Assembly (NCBI GenBank): GCA_040767085.1
Contig: JAXGPF010000012.1
Coordinates: 64,001-128,000, forward strand
DNA: 64,000 nt
DNA from: Kiritimatiellia bacterium
Lineage (GTDB): Bacteria; Verrucomicrobiota; Kiritimatiellia; JAAZAB01
Direction of reading: 5' to 3'
The translations under genes were made by a program, and so were the position numbers. The notes under the pieces are model-generated. The model did not search any database. It worked only from the letters and a program-made list of their open reading frames with translations, and was not told where the DNA came from. Every line of letters starts with the position of its first letter. The first letter of the stretch is position 1. Shown piece after piece: positions 29,085-39,175 of this stretch.

Positions 29085-30470
29085 TGTTCGTAACAAGTCA
29101 AGTGTCCGCTTTTTGTAACAAGTGATCTGTCCGATTTGTTATTGTGTGTTGTTGCTCCTGGGGTGAGGATTTTCCTCCCCCGCGGGGGAGGAAAAAGTTT
29201 ATGCGACGTCCTCCAGCGACGCCGAAATGTTCAACGGTCCTTGGTAGCGGCCAACCACATGCGGGCCATAACGGATGGACACCGTGCCATCGAGGTGCTC
29301 GCAGACTTTAACCCGGCACTTGGCGAAGCTGAAACGCCATTTTGATGGTCCAATCTGCAAGCGGCGACTCCCGACAGCCACGGTATTGTCATTTTGAACC
29401 TCTCGCGCATGCTGCACACAGAAAATGCTGTCCAAATCCTGCTCACCGCAAGGCACGAAACACGTTCCTGTTTCCCGCGCCTTCACCTTCATGTTGCGAT
29501 TGAAGGAAGGCAGAAACTGTTGTTGAATATAGACGTTGGCCTCGGCCATCGTCCGGATTCCCGCCTGCCTTAATTCCTGCGGCAGGCGCCCTTGCCAGGT
29601 CTTAAACATCCGCTCTATTCGCCCACGTCCCTGGGGGCTATAGCTCGGAATATGTTCGATCCCCAACTGTTGCAACGCCCGTCCAATTTGCGTCAATTGA
29701 CGCCGGTCCACCGCCCCGCCTTCTTTGGGCGTATAAAAGAAATGACTGCCACGATCCGTGTACAGACTGCAGAAAACCCCATGTTTAATAATGACTTCTT
29801 TCAACCCCTTCATCACCGTTAATGTCCCTTCCTGGGGCACAAGATAGGCCGTGTAGACTTCGCTGGTGGCATCGTCCATCACCAGGATCAGATCCTGCTT
29901 CTGGCCCGCCAGCAGGGGCAACCAGGCATGGGTGCTGCCATCCACCATCAACATCATCCCCGCCATTGGTCGCCGTTCCCGCTGCTGCCGATGCGGCCCT
30001 CGTTTCCGGGCCTTCGCCACCAACCCGGCCGTCTGCAAGGCGCTCTTGACCCACTGATAACTGAGCTCGATCCCATGCTCCGCCTGCAGCTTCTCGTGAA
30101 AATGCCTCACATTGAAATCCATGTATTCTTCTCGGTACAACCTCAGCACCTGCTTCACCGTCGCAAGGGGCACGCGCCGCGGCCCCGGTATCTTCCGCCG
30201 ACGATCCAGCAGCCCGTCGTAACCATACCGCTCGTAGCGCCCTTTCCAGCGCCGCATGGTCCGGTAGCTCACACCTAGTATCTCCGCCGCCTCCCACCAC
30301 ATTAACCGCCCTTCAATCGCACGCAAGATCACTTCCTGTACCTTCATTGCCCGCTCCAGTGCTGCCTTCGGATATTCATCCATATAACCCCCCTTTGAAT
30401 GCACCATCCTGACAGCTTTAAGCGGACAAATCATTTGTTAATTATGCGGCCAAGTCATTTGTTTACGACA
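29085..30470 (-). mobile_element. IS1202/ISNCY-family insertion sequence, copy 2 (1386 bp), 16-bp target duplication tcggggcgcgcgcgcg
   Basis: Same ends and translated ORFs as copy 1; DR at 29069-29084 and 30471-30486. Confidence 0.92.
29199..30383 (-). CDS. DDE transposase, identical to copy 1
   Basis: Identical translation in ORF track. Confidence 0.92.
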   Translation of the reverse strand: MDEYPKAALERAMKVQEVILRAIEGRLMWWEAAEILGVSYRTMRRWKGRYERYGYDGLLDRRRKIPGPRRVPLATVKQVLRLYREEYMDFNVRHFHEKLQAEHGIELSYQWVKSALQTAGLVAKARKRGPHRQQRERRPMAGMMLMVDGSTHAWLPLLAGQKQDLILVMDDATSEVYTAYLVPQEGTLTVMKGLKEVIIKHGVFCSLYTDRGSHFFYTPKEGGAVDRRQLTQIGRALQQLGIEHIPSYSPQGRGRIERMFKTWQGRLPQELRQAGIRTMAEANVYIQQQFLPSFNRNMKVKARETGTCFVPCGEQDLDSIFCVQHAREVQNDNTVAVGSRRLQIGPSKWRFSFAKCRVKVCEHLDGTVSIRYGPHVVGRYQGPLNISASLEDVA

Positions 30471-30486
30471 TCGGGGCGCGCGCGCG

Positions 30487-30515
30487 TTGACATTTGCATG
30501 CTTTTATGTTACACA
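30487..30515 (+). promoter_or_regulatory. Putative sigma70 promoter of nadE
   Basis: Consensus TTGACA-N17-TACACA with TG extension; begins at the first base after the IS target duplication. Confidence 0.6.
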
Positions 30516-30535
30516 AACCGTCAAGTTAACATTCC

Positions 30536-32479
30536 ATGCAACCAGACAGCCAAAGCCATAATCCCGCAACCGATCCCGCAACCTTGCGGGTCTGTCCGGC
30601 GCAGATCGAAGTCACGCCGGGGCGCCCGGTGGAGAATACCGGGCGTATGCTGGCCGTCATCGAACAGGCGCGCTCCGCCGGGGCGGACCTGGTGGTTTTT
30701 CCCGAGCTGGCCATTTCCGGGTACCTGCTGGGCGATACCTGGGAACAGCCGGCTTTTCTGCGGGAATGCGCCGCCTGCGGCGAACGCGTCCGGGAAGCAG
30801 CGCGCGGACTGACCGTCATTTTCGGCAATGTAGCGGTGGATTGGCGCAAACGCAACGAAGACGGCCGGCCCCGGAAGTATAACGCTTTGTTTACGGCGTC
30901 GGAAGGCGCATTCCACGGGCCGGCGGGGGGGGCTTATCCGTTTGTCATCAAGACGCTCCTGCCTAATTACCGCGAATTTGACGATAGCCGCCATTTTTTC
31001 GATCTGCGTAAACTGGCCCAGGAATCCGGTGTGGCGCCGGCGGCCTTGGTTGCCCCGGTCTCCGCGGGGCGGGTGAAAATCGGGTGCGTCTTGTGCGAGG
31101 ATGCCTGGGACGCGGATTATCATTTCGCTCCTTTGGCGGCCTTGCGCGCACATGCGCCGGATTTATACGTGAATTGCAGTTGTTCGCCGTTCACGCGGGG
31201 CAAGGCCGGCAAACGCCGGCGCGTTTTTGCCGCCCAGGCGGTCCGGTTGGGCCGGCCATTGATTTGCGTCAACGCGCTCGGCATGCAGAACATCGGCAAG
31301 ACGGTCTATGTTTTTGACGGCGCCTCCGCGGTCTATGACGGCGCGGAACGGGAGATTCTTTTGCCGTCTTTTGAGTCCGCCGCCCCGGTGTTGGATATAC
31401 CGCTGGACGGCCGGCCGTTCGGCGCGCCCGCGCCGGCGGGCGGCGGCGATGACCTGCCGGAGATTTTCCAGGCGCTGCTGGCCGGCGCCCGGCGCTTTCT
31501 GCAGCGCTGCGGGATTGAGCGCGTCGTCGTCGGCCTTTCCGGCGGCATCGATTCGGCCGTGGCGGCCGCGCTTTATCGCCAGGTGCTGCCCCCGGAACGG
31601 CTGCTGGCAGTCAACCTGCCTTCCCGGCACAATTCCCTCACCACCATCAACCTGGCGCGCCAGACGGCCGCCAACCTCGGCTGCCTCTACGCGGAAATAC
31701 CGATTGACGAAAGCGTGGAAATGACGGTGCGCCAGTTAAACGGTCTGCGCGTGGCCAGCGTGGATGGCGCCTTGCGCCGGGAATTGCACCTGACGGAAGG
31801 CGGGGTGGAAAACATCCAGGCGCGGGACCGGTCGGCGCGCGTGTTGGCGGCCGTGGCGGCGGCTTTCGGCGGCGCTTTCACCTGCAATGCCAACAAGACT
31901 GAGGCCGCCGTGGGTTATTCCACCTTGTACGGCGACCTGGGCGGATTCCTGGCGCTGCTGGGCGATCTTTGGAAGGGTGAAGTTTACCGGCTGGGCCGGC
32001 ACCTCAACCGCGAGGTTTACCGCCGGGACGTCATCCCGGAGGCCTGCTTTACTTTAAAACCTTCGGCGGAACTCAGCGCCGCACAGGACGTGGACCGGGG
32101 CCTGGGCGATCCCCTGCATTACCCCTACCATGACTGCCTGTTCGCCAGTTGGGTGGAACGCTGGGACCGGGCCGGGCCGGAGGAAAATCTGGAATGGTAC
32201 CTGGCCGGGGCGCTCGAGCGGCAACTGGGATATGCCGGTTCCGTGCGGGATATCTTTTCCGATGCCGCCGCGTTCGTGGCCGATTTGGAATACTGGTGGC
32301 GGCAATTCCAGGGACTGGGCCTGGCCAAGCGCATCCAGGCGCCGCCGGTGATGGCGGTCACCCGGCGCGCCTTTGGTTTCGATTTCCGGGAGGCCCAGAA
32401 CGGGCCCTGGTTCAGCGCCCGTTACGAGGAACTCAAGCGGCAGGCGCTGTCAGCCAATGCCGCCGCGCCGCGGCCGTAA
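30536..32479 (+). CDS. nadE: Glutamine-dependent NAD+ synthetase
   Basis: Nitrilase domain (FPELAISGY, KTLLPNY, LCEDAW) plus GLSGGIDS, ENIQAR, NKTE, GYSTLYGD, PSAEL. Confidence 0.95.
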   Translation: MQPDSQSHNPATDPATLRVCPAQIEVTPGRPVENTGRMLAVIEQARSAGADLVVFPELAISGYLLGDTWEQPAFLRECAACGERVREAARGLTVIFGNVAVDWRKRNEDGRPRKYNALFTASEGAFHGPAGGAYPFVIKTLLPNYREFDDSRHFFDLRKLAQESGVAPAALVAPVSAGRVKIGCVLCEDAWDADYHFAPLAALRAHAPDLYVNCSCSPFTRGKAGKRRRVFAAQAVRLGRPLICVNALGMQNIGKTVYVFDGASAVYDGAEREILLPSFESAAPVLDIPLDGRPFGAPAPAGGGDDLPEIFQALLAGARRFLQRCGIERVVVGLSGGIDSAVAAALYRQVLPPERLLAVNLPSRHNSLTTINLARQTAANLGCLYAEIPIDESVEMTVRQLNGLRVASVDGALRRELHLTEGGVENIQARDRSARVLAAVAAAFGGAFTCNANKTEAAVGYSTLYGDLGGFLALLGDLWKGEVYRLGRHLNREVYRRDVIPEACFTLKPSAELSAAQDVDRGLGDPLHYPYHDCLFASWVERWDRAGPEENLEWYLAGALERQLGYAGSVRDIFSDAAAFVADLEYWWRQFQGLGLAKRIQAPPVMAVTRRAFGFDFREAQNGPWFSARYEELKRQALSANAAAPRP

Positions 32480-32549
32480 GCCGCACTTATTTTTCATGGA
32501 CACCGGGGGCGCGGGCGAGTAGACTGTCTTGGTGTATAATCCGACAAAT

Positions 32550-33638
32550 ATGAAACTTCTGGATCGCTACGTTTTGCGGCAATTTGTCACGCCGGTGATT
32601 TATTGCCTGCTGACTTTCTGCATGGTGTTCGTCATCTTTGACCTGTTCGAGCACCTGTCGGATTTCATCAAGGCCCGCACGCCGCTGCTGGCAATCGGGG
32701 AGTATTATCTTTGCGTCCTGCCGGCTTTGGCGGTGTACATCGTGCCGATTTCGCTGCTGCTGGGACTGTTGTACGGCTTGTGGCAGATGACCCGCCATAA
32801 CGAACTTACCGCCATGCGCGCCAGCGGGGTCGGACTGCTGCGCATTGCCATGCCAATGTTGCTGGTGGGGGTGGCGGCCAGCATGCTGGTCAGCGTTTTA
32901 CTCGAACTGGTGGCGCCCGGGGCCAGTTACTGGGCGGAACAATTCATTGTCCGCCAGGAACGCGGGGAGGATTTATCCATGCGTTTCGCCTTCGATCTGC
33001 CGTATAAAAACGAACGCGACCACCGCATCTGGGCCATCCGCCGGTTCGATCTGATCAACCATGAAATGCAGGATGTCAAGCTGGTGCAGCAACGGGCTGA
33101 CGGCTCCGATGTGGAGACCATTCACGCCGCGGAAGCCCGGTTTTACGACAACCGCTGGTGGTTTTTCGATGCCATGCAGCAGAAATACGACCTGTCCAAC
33201 AACCCGCTGGGGCCGGCGGAAAAAGTGCCGCTGATGGAAATGCGGGAGTTGACCGAAACCCCCAGCGATTTCGCCAACGAGGTGAAAAACCCCGTTTTCC
33301 TGTCAGCGTGGGAATTGTGGAAATTTGTGCAGTCGCATCGCAATTTGTCCGGCAAAACCCAGGCGCGCTACATGGTTGACATGCACGCCCGCCTGGCGAT
33401 GCCCTGGACTTGCCTGGTGGTGGTTTTGTTCGGGCTCCCGTTCGGCATTCACACGGCGCGCCAGGGTGCGTTCGCGGGAATTATCATGGCCTTGGCGACT
33501 TTCTTCGGATTTTATATCCTTATGCTGATGAGCCAGTGGATGGGCAAGCAGGAAATGCTGCCGCCGCTGTTGTCAGCCTGGCTGCCGAATGCCGTTTTCC
33601 TGGGATTGGGACTGCTCCTGATGCGCAAGGTGCGCTGA
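32550..33638 (+). CDS. LPS export ABC permease LptF/LptG family
   Basis: MKLLDRYV start, NELTAMRASG, 3+3 TM segments around a periplasmic domain, AWLPN. Confidence 0.9.
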   Translation: MKLLDRYVLRQFVTPVIYCLLTFCMVFVIFDLFEHLSDFIKARTPLLAIGEYYLCVLPALAVYIVPISLLLGLLYGLWQMTRHNELTAMRASGVGLLRIAMPMLLVGVAASMLVSVLLELVAPGASYWAEQFIVRQERGEDLSMRFAFDLPYKNERDHRIWAIRRFDLINHEMQDVKLVQQRADGSDVETIHAAEARFYDNRWWFFDAMQQKYDLSNNPLGPAEKVPLMEMRELTETPSDFANEVKNPVFLSAWELWKFVQSHRNLSGKTQARYMVDMHARLAMPWTCLVVVLFGLPFGIHTARQGAFAGIIMALATFFGFYILMLMSQWMGKQEMLPPLLSAWLPNAVFLGLGLLLMRKVR

Positions 33639-33641
33639 CAT

Positions 33642-34808
33642 ATGCATGTTTTAGTGGCGCCGAATAGTTTCAAAAACTGCCTCGATGCCGGGGCCGTGGC
33701 GCGGGCCATGGCGCGCGGCATCCAGGCTGCCTGTCCGGCGGCGACGGTGACATGCCTGTCGCTGGCGGACGGCGGCGACGGTTTGGTGTCGGCCCTGGCC
33801 GGGTTGCCCGGCGCCGCAGCGCGCCCGGCCGTTGTCCCGGACCCGCTGGACCGCCCGGTGACGGCCGCCTGGCTGCGCCGGGGCGACCTGGCGGTCATTG
33901 AGATGGCCCAGGCCTCCGGCTTGCGCCGGTTGCGGGTGGAGGAATATGCGCCCCTGCGGGCTGCGACCGGCGGGACCGGTCTGCTGGTCAAGGCGGCGCT
34001 GGATGCCGGATGCCGGCGCATTGCCATCGGGCTGGGCGGCAGCGCCACGGTGGACGGCGGCGCGGGCATGCTGTCGGCTCTGGGTTTTGGCTTGCTTGAC
34101 AAACGCGGCCGGCCGATCGCGCCCGGCGGCGCCGGCTTGCTTTCGCTGGCGGCCATCGCCACGGAAACGGCGGATGCCCGCCTGGCGGCGGCCCAATTCA
34201 TAGCGCTGGCGGATGTGGATAATCCGTTGCTGGGTCCGGCCGGCGCGGCCCGCGTGTTCGGTCCGCAAAAGGGCGCCAGCCCGGCGGAGGTCGAAGTGCT
34301 GGAACGCGGTTTGCAGAACTGGGCCGCGCTGCTGGAGCGGACCTTTCATGTCCATCTGGATGATCTGCCTGGCGCCGGGGCAGCCGGCGGCATGGGCGCA
34401 GCCTGCCTGGCGGCCTTGCGGGCGGAATTGACGCCCGGCGCGCAATGGGTGGCGGAGCAGTGCGGGCTCGCTGAAGCTTTGCGCCGGGCCGACTGGGTCT
34501 TGACAGGCGAGGGGCGCTTGGACAGTCAGACCGCGCGCGGCAAGGCGCCCGCTTACGTCGCCCGCCAGGCCGCCGCGGCCGGCAAGCCGGTCGCGGCCCT
34601 GGGCGGTTTGGTGGAGCCGGGATTGGACTTGAGCGCTGTCGGCATTCGCGTTTGCCGCGCGATTGCTCCGGCCGGCACGCCCGTCGAGGAATCCATCCGC
34701 CATGCCGCCGCGTACCTGGAACAGGCGGCGGCGAAGCTGGCCGCGGAATTCGATGGAATGTCGGAAAATTACCATACCCGGGAGGCAGGCCATGTCGGTT
34801 GTCCATGA
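33642..34808 (+). CDS. glxK: Glycerate kinase
   Basis: APNSFK, ADGGDG, GLGGSAT.DGG, FGPQKGA, GAGAAGG, TGEGRLD.QT. Confidence 0.93.
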   Translation: MHVLVAPNSFKNCLDAGAVARAMARGIQAACPAATVTCLSLADGGDGLVSALAGLPGAAARPAVVPDPLDRPVTAAWLRRGDLAVIEMAQASGLRRLRVEEYAPLRAATGGTGLLVKAALDAGCRRIAIGLGGSATVDGGAGMLSALGFGLLDKRGRPIAPGGAGLLSLAAIATETADARLAAAQFIALADVDNPLLGPAGAARVFGPQKGASPAEVEVLERGLQNWAALLERTFHVHLDDLPGAGAAGGMGAACLAALRAELTPGAQWVAEQCGLAEALRRADWVLTGEGRLDSQTARGKAPAYVARQAAAAGKPVAALGGLVEPGLDLSAVGIRVCRAIAPAGTPVEESIRHAAAYLEQAAAKLAAEFDGMSENYHTREAGHVGCP

Positions 34809-35883
34809 TATTTTAGCCAAGGCGGTGGCGATGGGCGCTTCGGATGTGCATTTGAAACCGGACGAGACGCCTTTTTTCCGGGTGCATGGCGATCTGCAGG
34901 AGAGCGGATTCCCCCGGATGAGCGTGGATGATATGAAATGCGCGGTGCTGGACATCATGCCGGAACATCTGCGGGACAAAAGCGCAGCCGAACCGGAAAT
35001 GGATTTCGCCCATTACGAGGAAGGTGTCGGCCGTTTCCGGGTGAATGTCTTCCTGGCGCGGCATATTCCCACCGTGGCTTTCCGGCACGTGAAAACCGAG
35101 ATTCCTACCGTGGATCAACTGCACCTGCCGCCGATGCTGGAAAAACTGGCGCTCAGCAATTGCGGCGTCATCATGGTCTGCGGCGCCACCAGTTCCGGGA
35201 AGTCCACCACCCTGGCCGCCATGATTCATTGCATCAACACCAACCAGCGCTCCCGGATCATCACCATCGAAGACCCCGTCGAATACGTCTTTAAGGATAT
35301 CCAGTCGGTCATCACCCAGCGCGAAGTCGGCTTGGATACACCGTCTTTCCATTCGGCCCTGAAACACGTTTTGCGGCAGGATCCGGATGTGATCATGATC
35401 GGCGAAATGCGCGACCGGGTCAGCCTGGCGGTCGCCCTCAGCGCCGCGGAAACCGGCCACGTCGTTTTTTCCACCCTGCACGCCAACACCGCCGCCCAAT
35501 CTGTTCAGCGCATTTTGAATTTTTATCCCGCCGAAGAGCGCGACCAGGTGCGGTATTCCCTGGCCGCCAACCTTGGGGCCATCGTCTGCCAGCGGCTGGT
35601 GCCAGCCGTGGCCGGCGGTGTCCGCCCGGCCGTGGAGATCCTGATCAATACTCCCACGGTGCATAAATTATTGGTGGAAAACAATTTGGAAACGTTGCAA
35701 GCCGCCATCGAGACCGGCGGCGAAGATGGCATGCAGACTTTCAACCATGCTTTGTATGCCATGATGAAAAACGGCGTTATTTCTGAAAAAGACGGCATGG
35801 ACTACTCGCCTAATCCCGAAGCCTTGAAAATGAACTTACAGGGGATTTTCCTGGATCAGGACCGCCGGATTTTAGGCGGCTGA
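34792..35883 (+). CDS. pilT: PilT/PilU-family type IV pilus ATPase
   Basis: ASDVHL, GATSSGKSTT, TIEDPVEY, LRQDPDVIMIGEMRD, AETGH, STLH, GMQTFN. Confidence 0.9.
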   Translation: MSVVHDILAKAVAMGASDVHLKPDETPFFRVHGDLQESGFPRMSVDDMKCAVLDIMPEHLRDKSAAEPEMDFAHYEEGVGRFRVNVFLARHIPTVAFRHVKTEIPTVDQLHLPPMLEKLALSNCGVIMVCGATSSGKSTTLAAMIHCINTNQRSRIITIEDPVEYVFKDIQSVITQREVGLDTPSFHSALKHVLRQDPDVIMIGEMRDRVSLAVALSAAETGHVVFSTLHANTAAQSVQRILNFYPAEERDQVRYSLAANLGAIVCQRLVPAVAGGVRPAVEILINTPTVHKLLVENNLETLQAAIETGGEDGMQTFNHALYAMMKNGVISEKDGMDYSPNPEALKMNLQGIFLDQDRRILGG

Positions 35884-36039
35884 AACGCGCCGGCCCGCCG
35901 CGGGCGGTTGGATTTTGGCGTTTACACGCGGGCGTTTTTGTATAGAATGGCATCGATTGCAAAAAAAGGACGAATTGCGGCCAGCCGGGAGGGCGGTGTT
36001 TTACGCGGCCCCGCTGCTGAACGAACGGATCGGAGCGCC

Positions 36040-37146
36040 ATGGCGGAGTTCAAATTCCATTGTCCGGAGTGTGGTCAGAAAATACAGACCACGGACGACA
36101 TGGTCGGACACAGCGTGGATTGTCCGATCTGCCGCAAGCAGTTTAAAGTCCCGCCCCCCCCGCCCGCGGATGCACCCCAGGAAATTCCCTGCGCCTTGTG
36201 CCGGGCGCTGATTCCCCGCGATTCCATGTTCTGCGATGTGTGCGGCGGACGTCAGCCGGCGCCGGGCGCCGGCGCCGCACCGGTTCTGCCCGGCAAACTC
36301 CGCGCACGGAGGCTGGTTTGGGGATTGTCTTTGGCCGCCCTGGCCGTCGCGGCGGCGCTGGTGTCGGTGGTGATTGCGATGACCGGCCGCCGTCCTCAGC
36401 ACCCGGACGATACGGGCGGCGCCGCAGTGATCGAACCGCCGTCCGCGGCTGTTGCCGTGACAGCCATGGGCGATGCCGCGGAATCTCCGGCAGACGACTA
36501 TCCCGTGACCGTGGTGGCGGCGCCGCCCGCGCCGGCGCCGGTTGAGCCCCCGCCGTACTTGCCGCCGGAACCGGCCGCCGCCCAGCCGCCGCCGCCTCCG
36601 TCTCCTCCGCCATCGCCCGCGCCGGCGCCATCACCCGCGCCGGAGGAGACGAATGCCGCGCCGGAAAGCGAAACCGACGCCGCGGATGAAGTCGTGGCGC
36701 TGTTCGAACGCACCCGCGAAAAATACAAGGAAGTGCTGGGGGAGATCGAGCAGGCTTACCGCGAACGCGTCATCCAGGTGCAGACCGGCTTCCTGGGCAG
36801 CCTGGAAAAGCAGGAAAACGCCATGCAGGAAAAGGGCGATCTGATGGGGGTCCTGGCGGTGCGCAAGGAAAGGGAAGCCTTCCAGGGCATCAGCGAGTTT
36901 CCCCCGGTAATCCGCTCCGCGGGCAGCACCTATGCCGAAGTGGCCGAGTTGAAAAAGAAATACAACCAGCAGTTGGAAACGCTCAAGCAGGACCGCGACC
37001 AGAACATCGTCCTGCGCACCGGCCAGTACGACAAACGCCTGGCGGAGTTCGAGCGCCGGCTGACCCAGGCCGGCAAAATTGACGAGGCCCTGAGCGTGCA
37101 TGCCGAACGCGAGCGCGTGCGTTCCCAGGGCGGCCGCTGGAATTGA
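36040..37146 (+). CDS. Zn-ribbon membrane-anchored protein with Pro-rich linker and coiled-coil C-domain
   Basis: CPECG/CPIC and CALC/CDVCG motifs, one TM segment, poly-Pro tract, charged helical C-terminus. Confidence 0.7.
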   Translation: MAEFKFHCPECGQKIQTTDDMVGHSVDCPICRKQFKVPPPPPADAPQEIPCALCRALIPRDSMFCDVCGGRQPAPGAGAAPVLPGKLRARRLVWGLSLAALAVAAALVSVVIAMTGRRPQHPDDTGGAAVIEPPSAAVAVTAMGDAAESPADDYPVTVVAAPPAPAPVEPPPYLPPEPAAAQPPPPPSPPPSPAPAPSPAPEETNAAPESETDAADEVVALFERTREKYKEVLGEIEQAYRERVIQVQTGFLGSLEKQENAMQEKGDLMGVLAVRKEREAFQGISEFPPVIRSAGSTYAEVAELKKKYNQQLETLKQDRDQNIVLRTGQYDKRLAEFERRLTQAGKIDEALSVHAERERVRSQGGRWN

Positions 37147-37191
37147 CGCCGCCCGCGCCGGCGCGCCTTCCCGAAAAAATCAAAAAAACAG

Positions 37192-37220
37192 TTGACTTCT
37201 CCGCGGGTTGTTTCTATATA
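37192..37220 (+). promoter_or_regulatory. Putative sigma70 promoter of trpE
   Basis: TTGACT-N17-TATATA, A-rich upstream tract, 10 nt before ATG 37231. Confidence 0.65.
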
Positions 37221-37230
37221 TAGAAACACC

Positions 37231-38676
37231 ATGAGAACTACCAGCGCGGATTACCGCCGTTTGGCGGAAGCTTACAACCTGATCCCTGTCTGCCGGGAGT
37301 TGCTGGCGGATACGGAAACACCGGTCTCGGTGCTGGCCCGCTTCGCGGACCATGAAAACGCCTTTCTGCTCGAAAGCGTCGAGGGCGGCGAAACCTGGGG
37401 GCGCTACTCTTTCATCGGCGTTGATCCGCAGTTGTTGCTGTCGGCGGAGCATGCCGCCCCCGGCGCCGATGAACTGACGCAACCGCTGCGCGCCGTCTAT
37501 CGCGATGTGCGGCCGGCCGCCCCGCCGGGGCTGCCGCGCTTTTTCGGCGGCGCCGTTGGTTTCCTGGCTTACGAGGCGGTCCACGCCTTCGAACGCCTGC
37601 CGCCGCCCAAGCTGGCGCCCGCCGGCCGCCGGCTGGGCAGCCGTTTCCTGCGGGCCGACGACCTGATCGTCTTCGACAATCTGCGGCATACCATGACCCT
37701 GATCGCCTGCTCGCGGCCCGGCGCGGGCGCCGTGGAGGAGGACTACCAGGCGGCCGTCCGGCGGCTGGACCGCATGGAGGCGTTCCTGTGCCGGCCGGCG
37801 CCGCCCAGCCCGGCTCAAAAACATCCCGTGCCGGCATTCCAATCCAACCTTTCCGCGGCGGCCTACCAGGCCGCGGTGAGCCGGGCGCGGGAATACATCG
37901 CCGCCGGCGATGTGATCCAGGCGGTGCTCAGCCAGCGCTGGCAGGCCGAATCGTCCGTGCCGCCCCTGCAGTTGTACCGGGCGCTGCGGCTGCTGAATCC
38001 TTCGCCTTACATGTACTTCCTGAAAATCGGCAGCCAGACCCTGGTGGGATCTTCGCCGGAAATCATGGTGCGCCTGACCGGCAGCCGGATGGAACTCCGG
38101 CCCATCGCCGGCACCCGGCCGCGCGGCGGCAACGAACAGCAGGACCGGCAACTGGCGGACGACCTGCTGGGGGATGAGAAGGAAAAAGCCGAGCATGTGA
38201 TGCTCGTGGACCTGGGGCGCAATGACCTCGGCCGCGTCGCGGAAACCGGCAGCGTGCAGGTGCGCGATTACATGACGGTGGAACGCTACAGCCACGTGAT
38301 GCATATCGTGTCGCATGTCGAGGGCATCCTGCGCCGGGATTGCGACGCGCTGGATGTCCTGCGCGCGGTTTTCCCCGCCGGCACGCTCTCCGGCGCCCCG
38401 AAAGTCCGCGCCATGGAGATTATCCAGGAATTGGAGCCGGAACCGCGCGGCGCGTACGGCGGCGCGCTGGGCTACATCGGGTACGACGGCAGCATGGATT
38501 TCGCCATCACCATCCGCACCCTGGAGGCAGCGGGCGGCACCCTGGCGGTGCAGGCCGGGGCCGGCATCGTTTATAATTCCGACCCGGCCAGGGAATGGGA
38601 GGAAACCTGCCACAAGGCGGCGGCCCTGCGGAAGGCCGTCGAACTGGCGGCGGGCGGGTTGACGTTGGACAATTGA
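37231..38676 (+). CDS. trpE: Anthranilate synthase component I
   Basis: LLESVEGG..GRYSF, NPSPYM, SSPE, PIAGTRPRG, EHVMLVDLGRND, GTLSGAPK. Confidence 0.95.
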   Translation: MRTTSADYRRLAEAYNLIPVCRELLADTETPVSVLARFADHENAFLLESVEGGETWGRYSFIGVDPQLLLSAEHAAPGADELTQPLRAVYRDVRPAAPPGLPRFFGGAVGFLAYEAVHAFERLPPPKLAPAGRRLGSRFLRADDLIVFDNLRHTMTLIACSRPGAGAVEEDYQAAVRRLDRMEAFLCRPAPPSPAQKHPVPAFQSNLSAAAYQAAVSRAREYIAAGDVIQAVLSQRWQAESSVPPLQLYRALRLLNPSPYMYFLKIGSQTLVGSSPEIMVRLTGSRMELRPIAGTRPRGGNEQQDRQLADDLLGDEKEKAEHVMLVDLGRNDLGRVAETGSVQVRDYMTVERYSHVMHIVSHVEGILRRDCDALDVLRAVFPAGTLSGAPKVRAMEIIQELEPEPRGAYGGALGYIGYDGSMDFAITIRTLEAAGGTLAVQAGAGIVYNSDPAREWEETCHKAAALRKAVELAAGGLTLDN

Positions 38677-38699
38677 AACCTAATCCGGCATTTATAAGT

Positions 38700-39175
38700 T
38701 TAACCGCGAAAGATCACAAGGAACGCAAAGAAAAGAGTTTTTGATAGAATCATTGACGGCATAACTATTTTAAAAGCAAGATGGTAAGATAGGTGGGAAG
38801 CGGATATTTTCACCACGGAGCCGGATGAGCGGATGGAGGGAGATGGATAAATATTTAGAGGAAGGATATATCTCACAAAGCCACCAAGGATAAGCGGATT
38901 TGTAAATGCTGAAGGAAAACATGCCGCTATGCGGCAGTTCCGTTAGACGGAACACAGTTTTTGGAAATAGCGCAAAGCACAAATCGTTTTGAGCTTTGAG
39001 CTGTTTCCAACAACTTTCATGTTTTCCGGTTTGTTCTTTCTTGTGTGAGATTTTCCGTTTTCCGAATCCGCTCTGCTCCGTGTGCTCCAGCGTGCCCGCC
39101 ATAGCATTACGAGCGACGGCGGGCGTGCCTGCCATAGCATTCTGTGCGACGGCGGGTATAGCGGGTGGTAAAATA
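38700..39175. repeat. Nested inverted-repeat mosaic inside the trp operon
   Basis: Lower GC; ttttcaccacggag...ctccgtg...gtggtaaaa outer pair, tctcaca...tgtgaga inner pair, tandem gcc(c/t)gccatagcatt...gcgacggcggg hairpins. Confidence 0.6.

Noticed and set aside
36154-36161. C8 tract in the Zn-ribbon gene
   Set aside because: Explained by poly-Pro codons.
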